This document shows, piece after piece, positions 1 through 10,570 of a DNA stretch of 64,000 nucleotides. Each line of letters starts with the position of its first letter. Position 1 is the stretch's first letter. Made by a program: the position numbers and the translations under genes. Below the pieces are notes generated by a model that had not been told where the DNA came from, made no database searches, and worked only from the letters and a program-made list of their open reading frames with translations. The stretch is from an uncultured Candidatus Saccharibacteria bacterium. GTDB lineage: Bacteria; Patescibacteriota; Minisyncoccia; Phycocordibacterales; UBA9973. Location: the NCBI GenBank assembly GCA_964456475.1, contig CAYVZI010000006.1, positions 7,074 through 71,073 on the forward strand, given 5' to 3'.

Positions 1-108
1 CACTTTCTTTACCACCTTCTTTACGATCTTTTTTACTACTTTCTTGACTGGTTTCTTTGAAGGTTTTTTTACCATAGTTTTCTTTTTAATTATTTTTTTC
101 TTTGCCAT
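1..108 (-). CDS. 5' fragment of a gene with a Lys-rich N-terminus, probably the primary sigma factor RpoD (runs off the window edge)
   Basis: ATG at 108 reads MAKKKIIKKKTMVKKPSKKPVKKVVKK... and stays open to the edge. It lies directly downstream of dnaG, where rpoD usually sits. No sigma domain is visible. Confidence 0.45.
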   Translation of the reverse strand, partial: MAKKKIIKKKTMVKKPSKKPVKKVVKKIVKKVVKKV

Positions 109-181
109 AATTATTAGGTTCTAGATGATTAGGCTTTAGGATCTAGTTTTTGTTCCCCCTAGTTCCTAATGATCTAATTTC

Positions 182-1957
182 CTAGTTCTTATATCGACTG
201 TTTTTAATTGTATTCAAACGATTTGTTATCTTTTGTGATTCAATCAAAATTTCTTGCGTGTCATTCTCGTCCGTCATTCGAGCCATCAGTGCTTCGAGTT
301 GTCGACCAAGAACTTCTTCTTCGAGATTATTCAATAATTCTTCGCAATCAATCTTGAGTCGGTCGGAATCTGTATATAGCGATTCAGCTTCGAATATATA
401 CTCTTGACGTTTTTCTGCTGCGAGAGCATATACGGTCTGAAATCGGTCATCTCCTAGAATTTCAATCAATTTCTTTCGAATTACATCCGGATCAATCACG
501 GGAGGCGAAACATCTTCTTGCCACAAAAGTATTCCAAACAGTCGATTTTCGATTCGTGTTGTTCTTGAGTTGTCGGTGGGGGTTTCAATTTTTGCTGGTG
601 CTGGAGTCGCGGGTTTCATTTGTGGAGTTGGAATATCAGACATAAGTCGAATCAAATCTTCGGCGAGTGCTTCTTCGGGAATGCCAGTCTTTAGATGAAT
701 CTCTCGGATAAAATGTACGCGCTCGATCGCAGAAGGCATCACGGCAATATATGGAAGAATTCTATCACGAATCGCGCGCATGCGTGTGTGTTCGGAAAGT
801 TCGTGTTCGTCGAGAACTGAGAGATAGAAAAGTACGATATGCTGGGCTCCATCGATAATCTTTTTCCATTCCGTCGGACCGAGCGTACGAATCACATCGG
901 CAGGATCGAGATCTTTTGGAAGCTTCGCGACTTTGACATTCATACCAATACCAAGACCAATCTTTTCGGCACGGCCAGCGGCTTTCATTCCAGCTTTGTC
1001 GGCATCAAATGCAATGATGAGATTTTTGGAAAGCGCGTGCACTTGCCCGAGCCCGGTGAGAGCAGCTTTTTCATCTTCGGTTGTAAGCGTATCTCCGAGT
1101 GCTGTGCCACTTGAAGCAACAGTATTGGTAAATCCTGCTTGATGTGAAAGTACGAGATCCATCTGTCCTTCAACCAAGATTGCTTGATCGCGTTTGCGAA
1201 TTTCAAACTTGGCTTTGTCGAGCCCGAAAAGCACACTTCCCTTTTTAAAAATTGGAGTCTCGGGAGAGTTGATGTATTTGCCTTGCATTCCAGATCCGTC
1301 GTCGTGCAAAAGTCGTCCGGAAAATGCGATGATACGTGCGCCACTGTCTCCAATTGGAAACATTACGCGATCACGGAAACGGTCGTAAATTTCTCCACTT
1401 GGTTTGTCGTCCGGATGTTTTGCGAGACCTGAGAGCACGATTTCAGCGTCGGTAAATCCTGCCTTGCGAAGTGTGTCAGAAAGTTCGCGCCAACCTGCAG
1501 GTGCGTAGCCAATGCGAAAATCTTTCATCGTCTCTGGCTTTACGCCACGTTTTTCAATGTATGTTTTTGCTTCAGCGTTTTCGGAAAATTGCATTTCGTA
1601 AAAACGCGTTGCGTGTTCCATGAGTTCGTAGAGTCGGTCTTTTTGCGTTTTTTCTTTTGGATCAGTACCGCGGTATTGTTCGAGAGCCACGCCCGCGCGC
1701 TGTGCGAGTACTTGCAGTGCTCCTTTGAAATCAAGTCCTTCGAACTGCTCAACAAACGAGAAGATGTCGCCTTTTGCTCCGCACCCAAAACAGTAGTAAC
1801 TATTTCGGCCTGGCGAAACAAAGAATGACGGGGATTTCTCATTATGAAAAGGACAAACGGCTTTGTAGTTGCCGCCTGCCTTTTCAAGCTTGAGGTAGGA
1901 AGAAATAACATCAACGATGCTCAATTTTTCCTTAATTTGTTCAACGGATGATGACAT
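182..1957 (-). CDS. dnaG: DNA primase
   Basis: Zn finger CPFHNEKSPSF...CFGC, FRDRVMFPI, KYINSPET, TOPRIM VEGQMD and FDAD. Confidence 0.97.
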   Translation of the reverse strand: MSSSVEQIKEKLSIVDVISSYLKLEKAGGNYKAVCPFHNEKSPSFFVSPGRNSYYCFGCGAKGDIFSFVEQFEGLDFKGALQVLAQRAGVALEQYRGTDPKEKTQKDRLYELMEHATRFYEMQFSENAEAKTYIEKRGVKPETMKDFRIGYAPAGWRELSDTLRKAGFTDAEIVLSGLAKHPDDKPSGEIYDRFRDRVMFPIGDSGARIIAFSGRLLHDDGSGMQGKYINSPETPIFKKGSVLFGLDKAKFEIRKRDQAILVEGQMDLVLSHQAGFTNTVASSGTALGDTLTTEDEKAALTGLGQVHALSKNLIIAFDADKAGMKAAGRAEKIGLGIGMNVKVAKLPKDLDPADVIRTLGPTEWKKIIDGAQHIVLFYLSVLDEHELSEHTRMRAIRDRILPYIAVMPSAIERVHFIREIHLKTGIPEEALAEDLIRLMSDIPTPQMKPATPAPAKIETPTDNSRTTRIENRLFGILLWQEDVSPPVIDPDVIRKKLIEILGDDRFQTVYALAAEKRQEYIFEAESLYTDSDRLKIDCEELLNNLEEEVLGRQLEALMARMTDENDTQEILIESQKITNRLNTIKNSRYKN

Positions 1958-1970
1958 CTACGTGCGTTGT

Positions 1971-2133
1971 GTCATTCCGGACTAGATCCGGAATCCATTA
2001 GAATTAATGAACTTAAATACAAACCTGGATTCCTTACAGGAACGGTATACCTTTCACATTTTGATTACAAAACGTTCAAGGTCTTGCGGAACGGTTCCCG
2101 ACCCTTTCCTCACCCGGACGAGCCGGGAATGAC
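1971..2133. repeat. REP-like palindromic doublet (GTCATTCCGGAC...GATCCGGAATCCA family) with an interrupted second unit
   Basis: gtcattccggactagatccggaatcca at 1971-1997. The inverted partner is split into tggattcc (2026-2033) and cccggacgagccgggaatgac (2113-2133). Confidence 0.7.
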
Positions 2134-2146
2134 AGATTTTGTACTT

Positions 2147-5100
2147 TTATTTTTCTTCTTCTGTTTTCTTTCCTTGTTCGTCGCGCTTGTCTACGAATCC
2201 TGTTCCAGCTGGAATGAGGCGTCCGATGATCACGTTTTCCTTAAGTCCACGAAGTGTGTCTACTCCACCGCGAATCGCGTTGGTGATGAGCACGCGGTTT
2301 GTGTTTTGGAATGAAGCAGCTGAGAGCCATGACTTGGTCGTAAGTGCAGTTTCTGAGATACCAAGTACGAGTGATTCTGCTGTTGCTTCTGTGAGACCCT
2401 TGATCTTAAGTGATGCGTTCTCATCGAGAAGCTCAACTGCTTCCACGATTTCGCTTGGAGAAAATCCTGATTCACCAGCATCCTTGATCTTGCGACGTGA
2501 GAACATTTGGCGAATGATGATTTCGATGTGCTTGCGAGAAATTGATGCACCCTGGAGTTCGTACACTTTGTTGATTTCGTGAATGATGTATTCTTCTGCA
2601 CGCTCGCGACCTCCGTATTTGAAGATCTCGGCAATATCTGCAGAACCGTCTGTCATAAGATCACCCTTCTTCACATTGTCGCCCTTGGCAACGATTGCCT
2701 GGCGGTGTGGTGGTACATCGTATGTAGTTTCGTTTGCTTTGCCATCCACCTTTGTATCATGAAGGACGACGATTGAGCGTTCTGTTGCGTTGATGCGGAT
2801 ATCGATGACAGTTCCATCATCATGCGCAACAACTGCAGGATTCTTTGGAAGTCGGCGTTCGAAGATTTCTTCGACACGTGGAAGACCAGCCGTAATGTCG
2901 ACACCTGCGAGACCTCCGGCGTGGAAGGTTCGAAGTGTGAGCTGTGTTCCTGGTTCACCGATCGCTTGTGCAGCAACGATTCCAACCGCTTCTCCAACCT
3001 TGACCAAATCATTGCGTCCCAAGTCGAGACCGTAACAACTCTGACAGATTCCATACACTGTCTTACAAGTGAGTGGTGAACGAACGAAAGCTTCTGTGAT
3101 TCCAGCTTGTTCGAGTTTGAGCGCTTCTTCTTTTGAGATGAGATATCCACGCTTGTGAATCACATTACCATCCTTGTCTTTGAGATCAGCTGCGAGGATG
3201 CGTCCGCGGATTGTCTTACTGATTGGAATTTCAATACCAAGAACATTGTCCTTGTGCATGAGTTTTCCTTCTTTTGTTCCACAATCTTCTTCAGTGATAA
3301 CCACATCTTGTGCAACGTCAACGAGACGGCGAGTGAGGTATCCAGCTTTCGCAGTGTTGAGCGCTGTGTCGGCAAGACCTTTACGTGATCCGTGAGTACA
3401 GATGAAGTATTCAATCGGAGAAAATCCTTCCTTGAACGATGGGATGATTGGGAAATCAATCGTGCGTCCAGATGGGTTCACGATCATACCTTTCATTCCG
3501 GCCATCTGCGTGAGGTTTGAAACCGATCCGCGGGCTTTTGAAGTAATCATGTCGCTCGCTGAACTTCCATCCACCATTGTTTCTGGAATGAGCTTTTCGA
3601 TATCCTTCTTTACACCTTCCCAGATTTCGAGAACCTTGCGGTAACGCTCTTCTTCAGAGAGGAGACCTTCACCGTATTGCTCTTCGACTTCTTTTTGTTT
3701 TGCGCGTCCAGCAGCAACCACTGCAGGCTTACCTTCTGGAACCTTGATGTTGTCGATTCCCCATGAGATACCTGACTTTGTTGAGTACGTAAATCCGAAA
3801 TTCTTGATCTTGTCGAGAAGATCCGGAGTCGCGTCAATGCCGTAGTGCATGATGAATTCATCCACAAGAGTATTCAATCGTGTCTGTCCGATGACTTCGT
3901 TCAAATATGGGAAGTCGTCTGGAAGAATTGAGTTGAAGAGGATTCGTCCTACAGTCGTCTCAAATGGCTTGCCTTCGAACTTTGCATATTTTTCTTTTTC
4001 AGTTCCAAGGATAGTCACCTTTGCGCGAAGTGCGAGCTCATCGAATGAGTACGCAGTGATCGCCTGGTTTGGGCTACCGAACATTTTGCCTTCACCCTTT
4101 TGGTTTGGCATAAGTTTTGTCATCCAGAAACATCCAAGTGCCATATCCATACGTGGAGATGTGATTGGGTCACCGTTCTGAGGTTTCAAGAGGTTCTTGT
4201 TTGAAGCCATGCGTTCCTCAGCTTCCTGTTGAGCAGGTTTTGAAAGTGGAACGTACACAGCCATCTGGTCTCCGTCGAAGTCGGCGTTGAACGCTGGACA
4301 GACGAGTGGGTGAACCTGGATCGCATTTCCTTCGATAAGGATCGGCTGGAAAGCCTGAATACCGAGACGGTGAAGCGTCGGTGCACGGTTGAGGAGCACG
4401 CGCTTGCCTTTGATTTCTTCTTCAAGGATTGCCCACACTTCTGGAATTCCATCTTCAATGAGACGGTTTGCTCCACGAATGTTGTATGCGAGTTCTTGTG
4501 CGATAAGTTTTGAAATCACGAATGGACGGAAGAGTTCGAGTGCCATGTGTTTTGGAAGTCCACACTGAGAAAGTTTGAGTGTAGGACCGACCACGATAAC
4601 AGAACGTCCAGAGTAGTCCACGCGCTTTCCAAGCAAGTTCTGACGGAAGAGACCTTGTTTTGATTTCAAGTTGTCTGAAAGAGATTTGAGTGCACGGCGC
4701 TGTGCCTGGTTCATCGCAACAGAGTCGTTCTGACGAGCGATTGAGTTGTCGATGAGAGCATCCACAGCTTCCTGCAAGATACGCTTTTCGTTACGCAAGA
4801 TCACGTCTGGCGCACCGATTTCCTTGAGCTTGCGGAGACGGTTGTTTCGGTTGATCACGCGACGGTAAAGGTCGTTGATGTCAGATGTCGCATGACGTCC
4901 TCCTTCAAGAGCCACCATTGGGCGAAGTGCCGGCGGGATGACTGGGATGACGGTGAGGAACATCCATTCTGGACGAATGCCTGAAGTGATCATCGAACGA
5001 ATAAGCGATAGGCGCTTTTCGAGCTTGTCCTTTTCAACAGCACTTGCCTTCTCAGATGCAGCTTCTGAAATTTCCTGAAGCTTTTTAAGATCAAGATTTT

Positions 5101-5770
5101 TCAATACAGAGTAGATCGCTTCGGCACCGATTGATGCTTCGAAACATGTTCCGTATTTGAGTGAGTAGCGGTGATATGCGATTTCGGTGAGCACTTTACC
5201 TTCGTAAATTTCGCCGATTTCTTTTTTCGCAGTCATCAAGAGTTCCTTGAGCTTGGTCTTTGTGTCTTCGTCTGCAGAAGATTTGACCTTGGTCTTGTAT
5301 TCATTTTCAAGACTCTTCAAGATCTTGTCTTTTTCTTCTTGATAGACCTTCATCACGATGTATCCGGCAAAGTAAATTACCTTTTCGAGATCAGTCGCAG
5401 TGATGTTGAGGAGAATACTCATGCGAGATGGAACACCACGCAAGAACCAGATATGCGCAACCGGAGTCGCGAGTTCGATGTGACCCATGCGTTCACGGCG
5501 AACGATTGAGCGAGTGACTTCAACTCCACATTTTTCACAAACGATATCCTTGTAGCGAATGCGTCGGTATTTTCCACAGTAACATTCGTAATCTTTTTCC
5601 GGCCCGAAGATGCGTTCGTCGAAGAGACCTCCACGTTCTGAGCGTCCGGTACGATAGTTGATTGTTTCAGGTTTTGTGACCTCACCGTATGACCAATCGC
5701 GGATGCGATCAGGACTTGCGAGTTTGAGCGAGATTGATTCGAAACCAGTGTTTGTATCAATTGTTTTCAT
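2147..5770 (-). CDS. rpoC: RNA polymerase beta' subunit
   Basis: [11 protein letters not shown] catalytic motif, N-terminal Zn finger, GEPGTQLT. Confidence 0.99.
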   Translation of the reverse strand: MKTIDTNTGFESISLKLASPDRIRDWSYGEVTKPETINYRTGRSERGGLFDERIFGPEKDYECYCGKYRRIRYKDIVCEKCGVEVTRSIVRRERMGHIELATPVAHIWFLRGVPSRMSILLNITATDLEKVIYFAGYIVMKVYQEEKDKILKSLENEYKTKVKSSADEDTKTKLKELLMTAKKEIGEIYEGKVLTEIAYHRYSLKYGTCFEASIGAEAIYSVLKNLDLKKLQEISEAASEKASAVEKDKLEKRLSLIRSMITSGIRPEWMFLTVIPVIPPALRPMVALEGGRHATSDINDLYRRVINRNNRLRKLKEIGAPDVILRNEKRILQEAVDALIDNSIARQNDSVAMNQAQRRALKSLSDNLKSKQGLFRQNLLGKRVDYSGRSVIVVGPTLKLSQCGLPKHMALELFRPFVISKLIAQELAYNIRGANRLIEDGIPEVWAILEEEIKGKRVLLNRAPTLHRLGIQAFQPILIEGNAIQVHPLVCPAFNADFDGDQMAVYVPLSKPAQQEAEERMASNKNLLKPQNGDPITSPRMDMALGCFWMTKLMPNQKGEGKMFGSPNQAITAYSFDELALRAKVTILGTEKEKYAKFEGKPFETTVGRILFNSILPDDFPYLNEVIGQTRLNTLVDEFIMHYGIDATPDLLDKIKNFGFTYSTKSGISWGIDNIKVPEGKPAVVAAGRAKQKEVEEQYGEGLLSEEERYRKVLEIWEGVKKDIEKLIPETMVDGSSASDMITSKARGSVSNLTQMAGMKGMIVNPSGRTIDFPIIPSFKEGFSPIEYFICTHGSRKGLADTALNTAKAGYLTRRLVDVAQDVVITEEDCGTKEGKLMHKDNVLGIEIPISKTIRGRILAADLKDKDGNVIHKRGYLISKEEALKLEQAGITEAFVRSPLTCKTVYGICQSCYGLDLGRNDLVKVGEAVGIVAAQAIGEPGTQLTLRTFHAGGLAGVDITAGLPRVEEIFERRLPKNPAVVAHDDGTVIDIRINATERSIVVLHDTKVDGKANETTYDVPPHRQAIVAKGDNVKKGDLMTDGSADIAEIFKYGGRERAEEYIIHEINKVYELQGASISRKHIEIIIRQMFSRRKIKDAGESGFSPSEIVEAVELLDENASLKIKGLTEATAESLVLGISETALTTKSWLSAASFQNTNRVLITNAIRGGVDTLRGLKENVIIGRLIPAGTGFVDKRDEQGKKTEEEK

Positions 5771-5776
5771 ATTAAT

Positions 5777-5806
5777 TAGGGTTTAGGGATTAGGGGTAAG
5801 GGATTA
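5777..5806. repeat. degenerate heptamer tandem repeat (TTTAGGG-like)
   Basis: tagggtttagggattaggggtaagggattag between rpoB and rpoC. Similar arrays occur at about 20668, 22088 and 23973. Confidence 0.7.
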
Positions 5807-5829
5807 GAAAATTCTAATTCAAACCAAAA

Positions 5830-8800
5830 CTATTCCTTATTAGCTTCATTAGTTTCTCGACCTGTGTACCCTTTCTGCAAATCAACATCGAGTGCAAGTC
5901 CTCGGAGGTAATTCAACATAACTGAGAATGATGCTGGTGTGTTTGGAACTGGGATTTCTTCGCCCTTGATGATCGCGTCGAATGCCTGTGAACGTCCCAT
6001 GATATCGTCAGATTTTACAGTGAGCATTTCGCGAAGTGTGTGCGATGCACCGTAACCTTCGAGAGCCCAGACTTCCATTTCTCCAAAACGCTGACCTCCA
6101 CCTTGAGCTTTACCTCCGAGTGGCTGTTGCGTGATGAGACTGTACGGACCAATCGAACGCATGTGAATCTTGTCTTCCACCATGTGGTGCAGTTTGAGCA
6201 TGTACATGATACCGACAGCTACATCTTGTTCGAATTTGTCTCCAGTACGTCCATCGTAAAGTGGAATAGATCCTGATTCTGGGAATCCAGCTTTGACGAG
6301 TTCTTCCTTGATTTCGAAATCGCGAGCTCCAGCAAATGGAGGTACGACTGCTTGGTAGCCGAGCGTGTTTGCCGCAAGACCCAAGTGCATTTCAAGAATC
6401 TGTCCGAGGTTCATACGAGATGGAACTCCAAGCGGTGTAAGGATCACGTCGACAGGAGTACCGTCCTGCATGAATGGCATTTCTTCTTGTGGAAGAATTG
6501 TTGAGATAACACCCTTGTTTCCGTGACGACCTGCGAGCTTATCACCCACAGACACGTTACGAAGCTGAGCAACTTCGATGACTACTTTCTTGATGATTCC
6601 TGATTCGAGCTGATGACCTTCGGCACGTGAAAAGATCTTCACGCCGATGATGCGTCCACGCTTTCCGTGTTCAAGACGAAGTGATGTGTCTTTCACATCG
6701 CGAGCCTTTTCCGCAAAGATAGATCGGAGCAAGCGCTCTTCTGGAGTAAGTTCTGTTTCGCCCTTTGGTGTGATCTTTCCAACAAGAATATCGTTCTCGC
6801 GGATTTCTGCACCGATGCGAATGATACCTTCTTCGTCGAGGTCTTTGAGTTTGACTTCACCGACGTTTGGAATATCGCGTGTAGTGATTTCTGGTCCGAG
6901 CTTTGTATCACGCACGACACAGATATATTCTTCCACATGAATCGATGTGAAGACTGAGTCTTTTACAAGACGGTCAGAAAGAATAATCGCATCTTCGTAG
7001 TTGCGTCCTGCCCATGACATAAATGCTACAAGCACGTTTTGTCCAAGCGCGATTTGTCCGTTGTCAGAAGATGACATGTCGGCAAGGAGTTGACCTTTCT
7101 TCACTTCCTGTCCTACAGAGACCACTGGTCGCTGATGGAATGAAGTAAAGTTGTTTGTACGTGAGAAGTTGATGAGTGTGTATTCCTTTGTTCCAGATTT
7201 GCCCTTGACCACGACTCGCTTTCCATCCATGTGAGTGACTGTTCCTGCTTCTTCAGCAAGTACGAGACGTCCAGAAAATGGAGCAGCCTTTTCTTCGATA
7301 CCGGTAGAGACGAGCGGAGCGTTTGGCACGAGACATGGAGTCGCCTGCTTCTGCATGTTTGATCCCATGAGTGCACGGTTCGCGTCATTGTGTTCAAGGA
7401 AAGGCACCATCGCAGTCGCGATTGAGAATGCCTGATATGGAACAACGTCGATGAAGTCGATTTCGTCGCGAGAGATGATACCTGGTTCTGTCTTGATACG
7501 AGCTTCAACTTCTGCATCGCGAAGCACACCCTTTTCATCTACTGGGTTTGCCGCGTGAGCGATGTTGTACTTTTCTTCTTCAAGCGCGTTTAGGTACACG
7601 ATTTCATTCGTGACTTTTCCTTTGACCACTTTCACGTATGGAGTTTCGATGATTCCGAAATCATTGATGCGTGCATATATAGAGAGGTGCAAGATAAGAC
7701 CGATGTTCGGACCTTCAGGAGTGTGGATCGGACAGACGCGACCGTAGTGAGAAGTGTGCACGTCACGCACTTCAAGACCTGCGCGTTCGCGTGTGAGACC
7801 GCCGGGTCCAAGAGCCGAAAGAATTCGGATGTGCTCGATTTCAGCCAAGAGGTTTTCCTGGTTCATAAATTGCGAGAGCTGGTTCGTGGTGAAGAATTCC
7901 TTGATACGAGCCTGCATCGGACGCTGGTTGATGATCTGGATCGGAAGTGCCGCCGCTGTATCTATAGTAGACATACGGTCTTGCACGTTACGCTTGATCT
8001 GAGTCATACCCACGCGGATTTTCTGCGCGAGAAGTTCTCCCACATAACGGACGCGACGCTGTGCAAGGTGGTCGATGTCGTCAGCCTTTGCTCCAGGTGT
8101 GTGCGTGAGTTCTACGATGTATTTTACAACTTGAATGAGGTCATCTTTTGAAATAGTTCGACGCTCAAGTTCCTTTTCGCCCATGTTGAGGTCGAAGCGC
8201 TTGTTGAATCGGAAACGTCCGACCGGTGAAAGGTCGTAGCGGTCTTTTGAAAAGAGTGCGGTGATAAATTCGCGTGCATTGTCTGCAGTCGCGAGATCAC
8301 CGTCACGAAGACGCTTGTACATTTCGATTGTTGCATCGCCAGGAGTCTTGGCAGTGTCTTTTGCAAGACATGTTGCAATGACGTTTGCTACGCGTTCGTC
8401 GTCGGCAAATGCAGCCTTGATTTCATCGTCAGTAGCCATTCCCATAGCACGAAGAAGAGACGTAATTGGGAATTTACGTTTTTTGTCGATACGCACGTAG
8501 ATCACGCCGTCAGCTTCAGCATCGATTTCAATCCAAACTCCGCGAGCTGGAATGATTTTTGCACCGAAATACATCTTGCCTTTGAGTTCGTTTTCTGTGA
8601 AGAAGATACCGAACGATCGTGCAAGCTGCGCGACGATAACGCGTTCAACACCGTTGATGATGAACGTACCGTGATTGGTCATGACTGGAATATCAGAAAG
8701 GAAGATTTCCTGTTCCTTTGCGACGCCACCGGCAAGCTTGTTCACAAGCTTCACGTTCACCTTAAGCGGTGCTTCGTAAGAAAGCTTGTTTTGCTTTGCA

Positions 8801-9036
8801 TGGAATTCATCACACTTCGGCTCGCCAAGCGAAAACGAAGTAAACTCAAGCTCGAATTTCTTGCCTGAGTAATCAGAAATAGGAGAAAATTCCTTAAAAA
8901 TTTCTCCGATGCCATTTTCGACCAAGTCTTTGAACGATTTGATTTGCATTTCCAGCAAATCAGGAAACTCTGCGAGTGATGCTTTGTACTTTTGGAAGTA
9001 CTTTTTTGGGCGGGGCCCGTTGGCATGTATCGACAT
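5830..9036 (-). CDS. rpoB: RNA polymerase beta subunit
   Basis: GDKLAGRHGNKG, RFGEMEVWALE, TPEGPNIGL. Start placed at ATG 9036 (MSIHAN); the longer ORF-track start lies inside a repeat element. Confidence 0.99.
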   Translation of the reverse strand: MSIHANGPRPKKYFQKYKASLAEFPDLLEMQIKSFKDLVENGIGEIFKEFSPISDYSGKKFELEFTSFSLGEPKCDEFHAKQNKLSYEAPLKVNVKLVNKLAGGVAKEQEIFLSDIPVMTNHGTFIINGVERVIVAQLARSFGIFFTENELKGKMYFGAKIIPARGVWIEIDAEADGVIYVRIDKKRKFPITSLLRAMGMATDDEIKAAFADDERVANVIATCLAKDTAKTPGDATIEMYKRLRDGDLATADNAREFITALFSKDRYDLSPVGRFRFNKRFDLNMGEKELERRTISKDDLIQVVKYIVELTHTPGAKADDIDHLAQRRVRYVGELLAQKIRVGMTQIKRNVQDRMSTIDTAAALPIQIINQRPMQARIKEFFTTNQLSQFMNQENLLAEIEHIRILSALGPGGLTRERAGLEVRDVHTSHYGRVCPIHTPEGPNIGLILHLSIYARINDFGIIETPYVKVVKGKVTNEIVYLNALEEEKYNIAHAANPVDEKGVLRDAEVEARIKTEPGIISRDEIDFIDVVPYQAFSIATAMVPFLEHNDANRALMGSNMQKQATPCLVPNAPLVSTGIEEKAAPFSGRLVLAEEAGTVTHMDGKRVVVKGKSGTKEYTLINFSRTNNFTSFHQRPVVSVGQEVKKGQLLADMSSSDNGQIALGQNVLVAFMSWAGRNYEDAIILSDRLVKDSVFTSIHVEEYICVVRDTKLGPEITTRDIPNVGEVKLKDLDEEGIIRIGAEIRENDILVGKITPKGETELTPEERLLRSIFAEKARDVKDTSLRLEHGKRGRIIGVKIFSRAEGHQLESGIIKKVVIEVAQLRNVSVGDKLAGRHGNKGVISTILPQEEMPFMQDGTPVDVILTPLGVPSRMNLGQILEMHLGLAANTLGYQAVVPPFAGARDFEIKEELVKAGFPESGSIPLYDGRTGDKFEQDVAVGIMYMLKLHHMVEDKIHMRSIGPYSLITQQPLGGKAQGGGQRFGEMEVWALEGYGASHTLREMLTVKSDDIMGRSQAFDAIIKGEEIPVPNTPASFSVMLNYLRGLALDVDLQKGYTGRETNEANKE

Positions 9037-9048
9037 ATCGTTATTTTT

Positions 9049-9171
9049 AGAACACCCATATATAGTGCATTTCTTTGTTGCTTCGCTCGTTTGTTCCCGC
9101 AATGTACCCAATGTACATTTTGGTCACAAGCCTCGCTCGCGCCTCGAACTGCATCTATCTATGTGTATTCT
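9049..9171 (-). mobile_element. about 123-bp palindromic MITE-like element, copy 1
   Basis: Imperfect terminal inverted repeats (14/17 match). Collinear with 48023-48148, sharing gtgaccaaaatgtac...gtacattgcgggaa. Confidence 0.7.
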
Positions 9172-9400
9172 TTTTTATGGTTTCCAAAATAACAGATAAA
9201 GAAAGCAAAACCCATCTCTTTCGTTAGAGTTTGCTTTATCCGTCTTATATTTTTTTGACCGACAGCTTGGGGAGCTGTGTTTAGCTGCTAAAGGCTACGA
9301 ATAACAACTAAAACTCAATCAGTCCGTAGTGCAAATAGTCTACTTATTTTTCACCTTGTGTCAAGTGAAAAACGGGGCATTCTTCCCCTCCGCGTATCGT

Positions 9401-9485
9401 GTCATCCCGGACTTGATCCGGGATCCATTTTTTGGGCCTTTTTCCCCTCCTTTTCAGGTCATTCCCGGCCTGGCCGGGAAATCCA
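9401..9485. repeat. two tandem REP-like palindromes (GTCAT family)
   Basis: gtcatcccggacttgatccgggatcca at 9401-9427 and gtcattcccggcctggccgggaaatcca at 9458-9485. Confidence 0.75.
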
Positions 9486-9495
9486 AGCCCCGAGT

Positions 9496-9529
9496 CCAAA
9501 CGGCTCATTTCCGCCCACTTGAGCCGTTT
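9496..9529 (+). repeat. 34-bp hairpin repeat B, copy 1
   Basis: ccaaacggctcatttccgcccacttgagccgttt, 33/34 identical to 13521-13554. Confidence 0.85.
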
Positions 9530-9587
9530 AACTAAAAAGCCCTTAACCACTTTTCTGCTTTACTTTTTATCGCTGAATTTCTTTTCA

Positions 9588-9617
9588 AAGCTGACTATTT
9601 GGGACGAAGTTGGAACC
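9588..9617 (+). repeat. 30-bp direct repeat A, copy 1 (att-like)
   Basis: aagctgactatttgggacgaagttggaacc, 26/30 identical to 10518-10547. Confidence 0.75.
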
Positions 9618-9782
9618 CATTTGATTTAAAAGCCTCGTAATTCCAAGTTATCGAGATTCTACGGAGAATGTTGACATTCTATTTTATGAATGGTTAAGTA
9701 TACCTGAATCGAACGGCAACTGCCCAGTACCATTCCGTAAATGAGTGTCGTAAACTCGAACTTTCATTAAAAAATTAATAGA

Positions 9783-10454
9783 ATGGAAACAACAGCAAGT
9801 CTCGCGCAATTCCATAAACTTATGGGTCTTATTTTAAGTAAGTACCCTGAACTTGAAGGAAAGCTGGACAAACAAATGTTACAATTACTCATCAAAGACG
9901 ACTCGCGTCTCGCTCATGAGTTCACATTGTTTATTAACAATGGAGGAATGCACAACCTAAGTCACGTAATTAATTGTGACAAAACCCCAGAACTATTCCA
10001 TCCTGATGATGGTTATTATCTTAAGGGTCATCAAAAACATAGTCCGTTTGCCTGGAACCCAAATCAAATTGAGTTAATCCCTCTTTTTTCATTCTGGGAG
10101 GGATTAAATAATCAACAGGAATTTCAGAGTAACAGGATGCGGTATGAGTTTTTGAAAAAATACGATGCATGTAATGCAAACATTTCAGACTACCTCTACG
10201 AACACCCCTACTTGTTTCCAAGTAAATGGGATAATCATCTCCTTGTCTTTTTAGGTACGCAATATGGCAGGCTGTATGGAGGAAAAAAGAACAATGGTTG
10301 TTGGGTTAGATGTATTGGCAAAGATTATGATGGCAGGTTACCAGGGAGAGCACTGGCATACTTTAAAAATGTAACCTCACACTCTTTTAAATATCCCCTA
10401 GGGAATAAATTTAAAAATAATGATGTGATGGTTCCTGTTTTCAAAAAAATATAA
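9783..10454 (+). CDS. hypothetical protein resembling CPR DGR-target family proteins
   Basis: 223-aa ORF. The N-terminus resembles 62270-62941 (TTASLAQ...EFTLFINNG vs PTTLGQ...EFIKWINNG). Also carries NANISDYLYEHPYLFPSKW...FLGT. Confidence 0.6.
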   Translation: METTASLAQFHKLMGLILSKYPELEGKLDKQMLQLLIKDDSRLAHEFTLFINNGGMHNLSHVINCDKTPELFHPDDGYYLKGHQKHSPFAWNPNQIELIPLFSFWEGLNNQQEFQSNRMRYEFLKKYDACNANISDYLYEHPYLFPSKWDNHLLVFLGTQYGRLYGGKKNNGCWVRCIGKDYDGRLPGRALAYFKNVTSHSFKYPLGNKFKNNDVMVPVFKKI

Positions 10455-10517
10455 AACACCAAGACAAGCCAAACAGTGTGATCTCATTTGATCACACTGT
10501 TTTTATTTTAAATTCAC

Positions 10518-10547
10518 AAGCTGACCGTCTGGGACGATGTTGGAACC
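10518..10547 (+). repeat. direct repeat A, copy 2
   Basis: aagctgaccgtctgggacgatgttggaacc. Confidence 0.75.
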
Positions 10548-10570
10548 TTTTTAAACCAAAGACCTACGAC

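Noticed and set aside
9037-9111. 25-aa N-terminal extension of RpoB in the ORF track
   Set aside because: It derives mostly from the palindromic element 9049-9171; ATG 9036 is a more plausible start.
9329-9629. Short ORFs 9329-9535, 9344-9550, 9432-9629 and similar ones at 1967-2314 and 19475-19669
   Set aside because: They are translations of REP-like repeats and intergenic DNA with no independent coding evidence.
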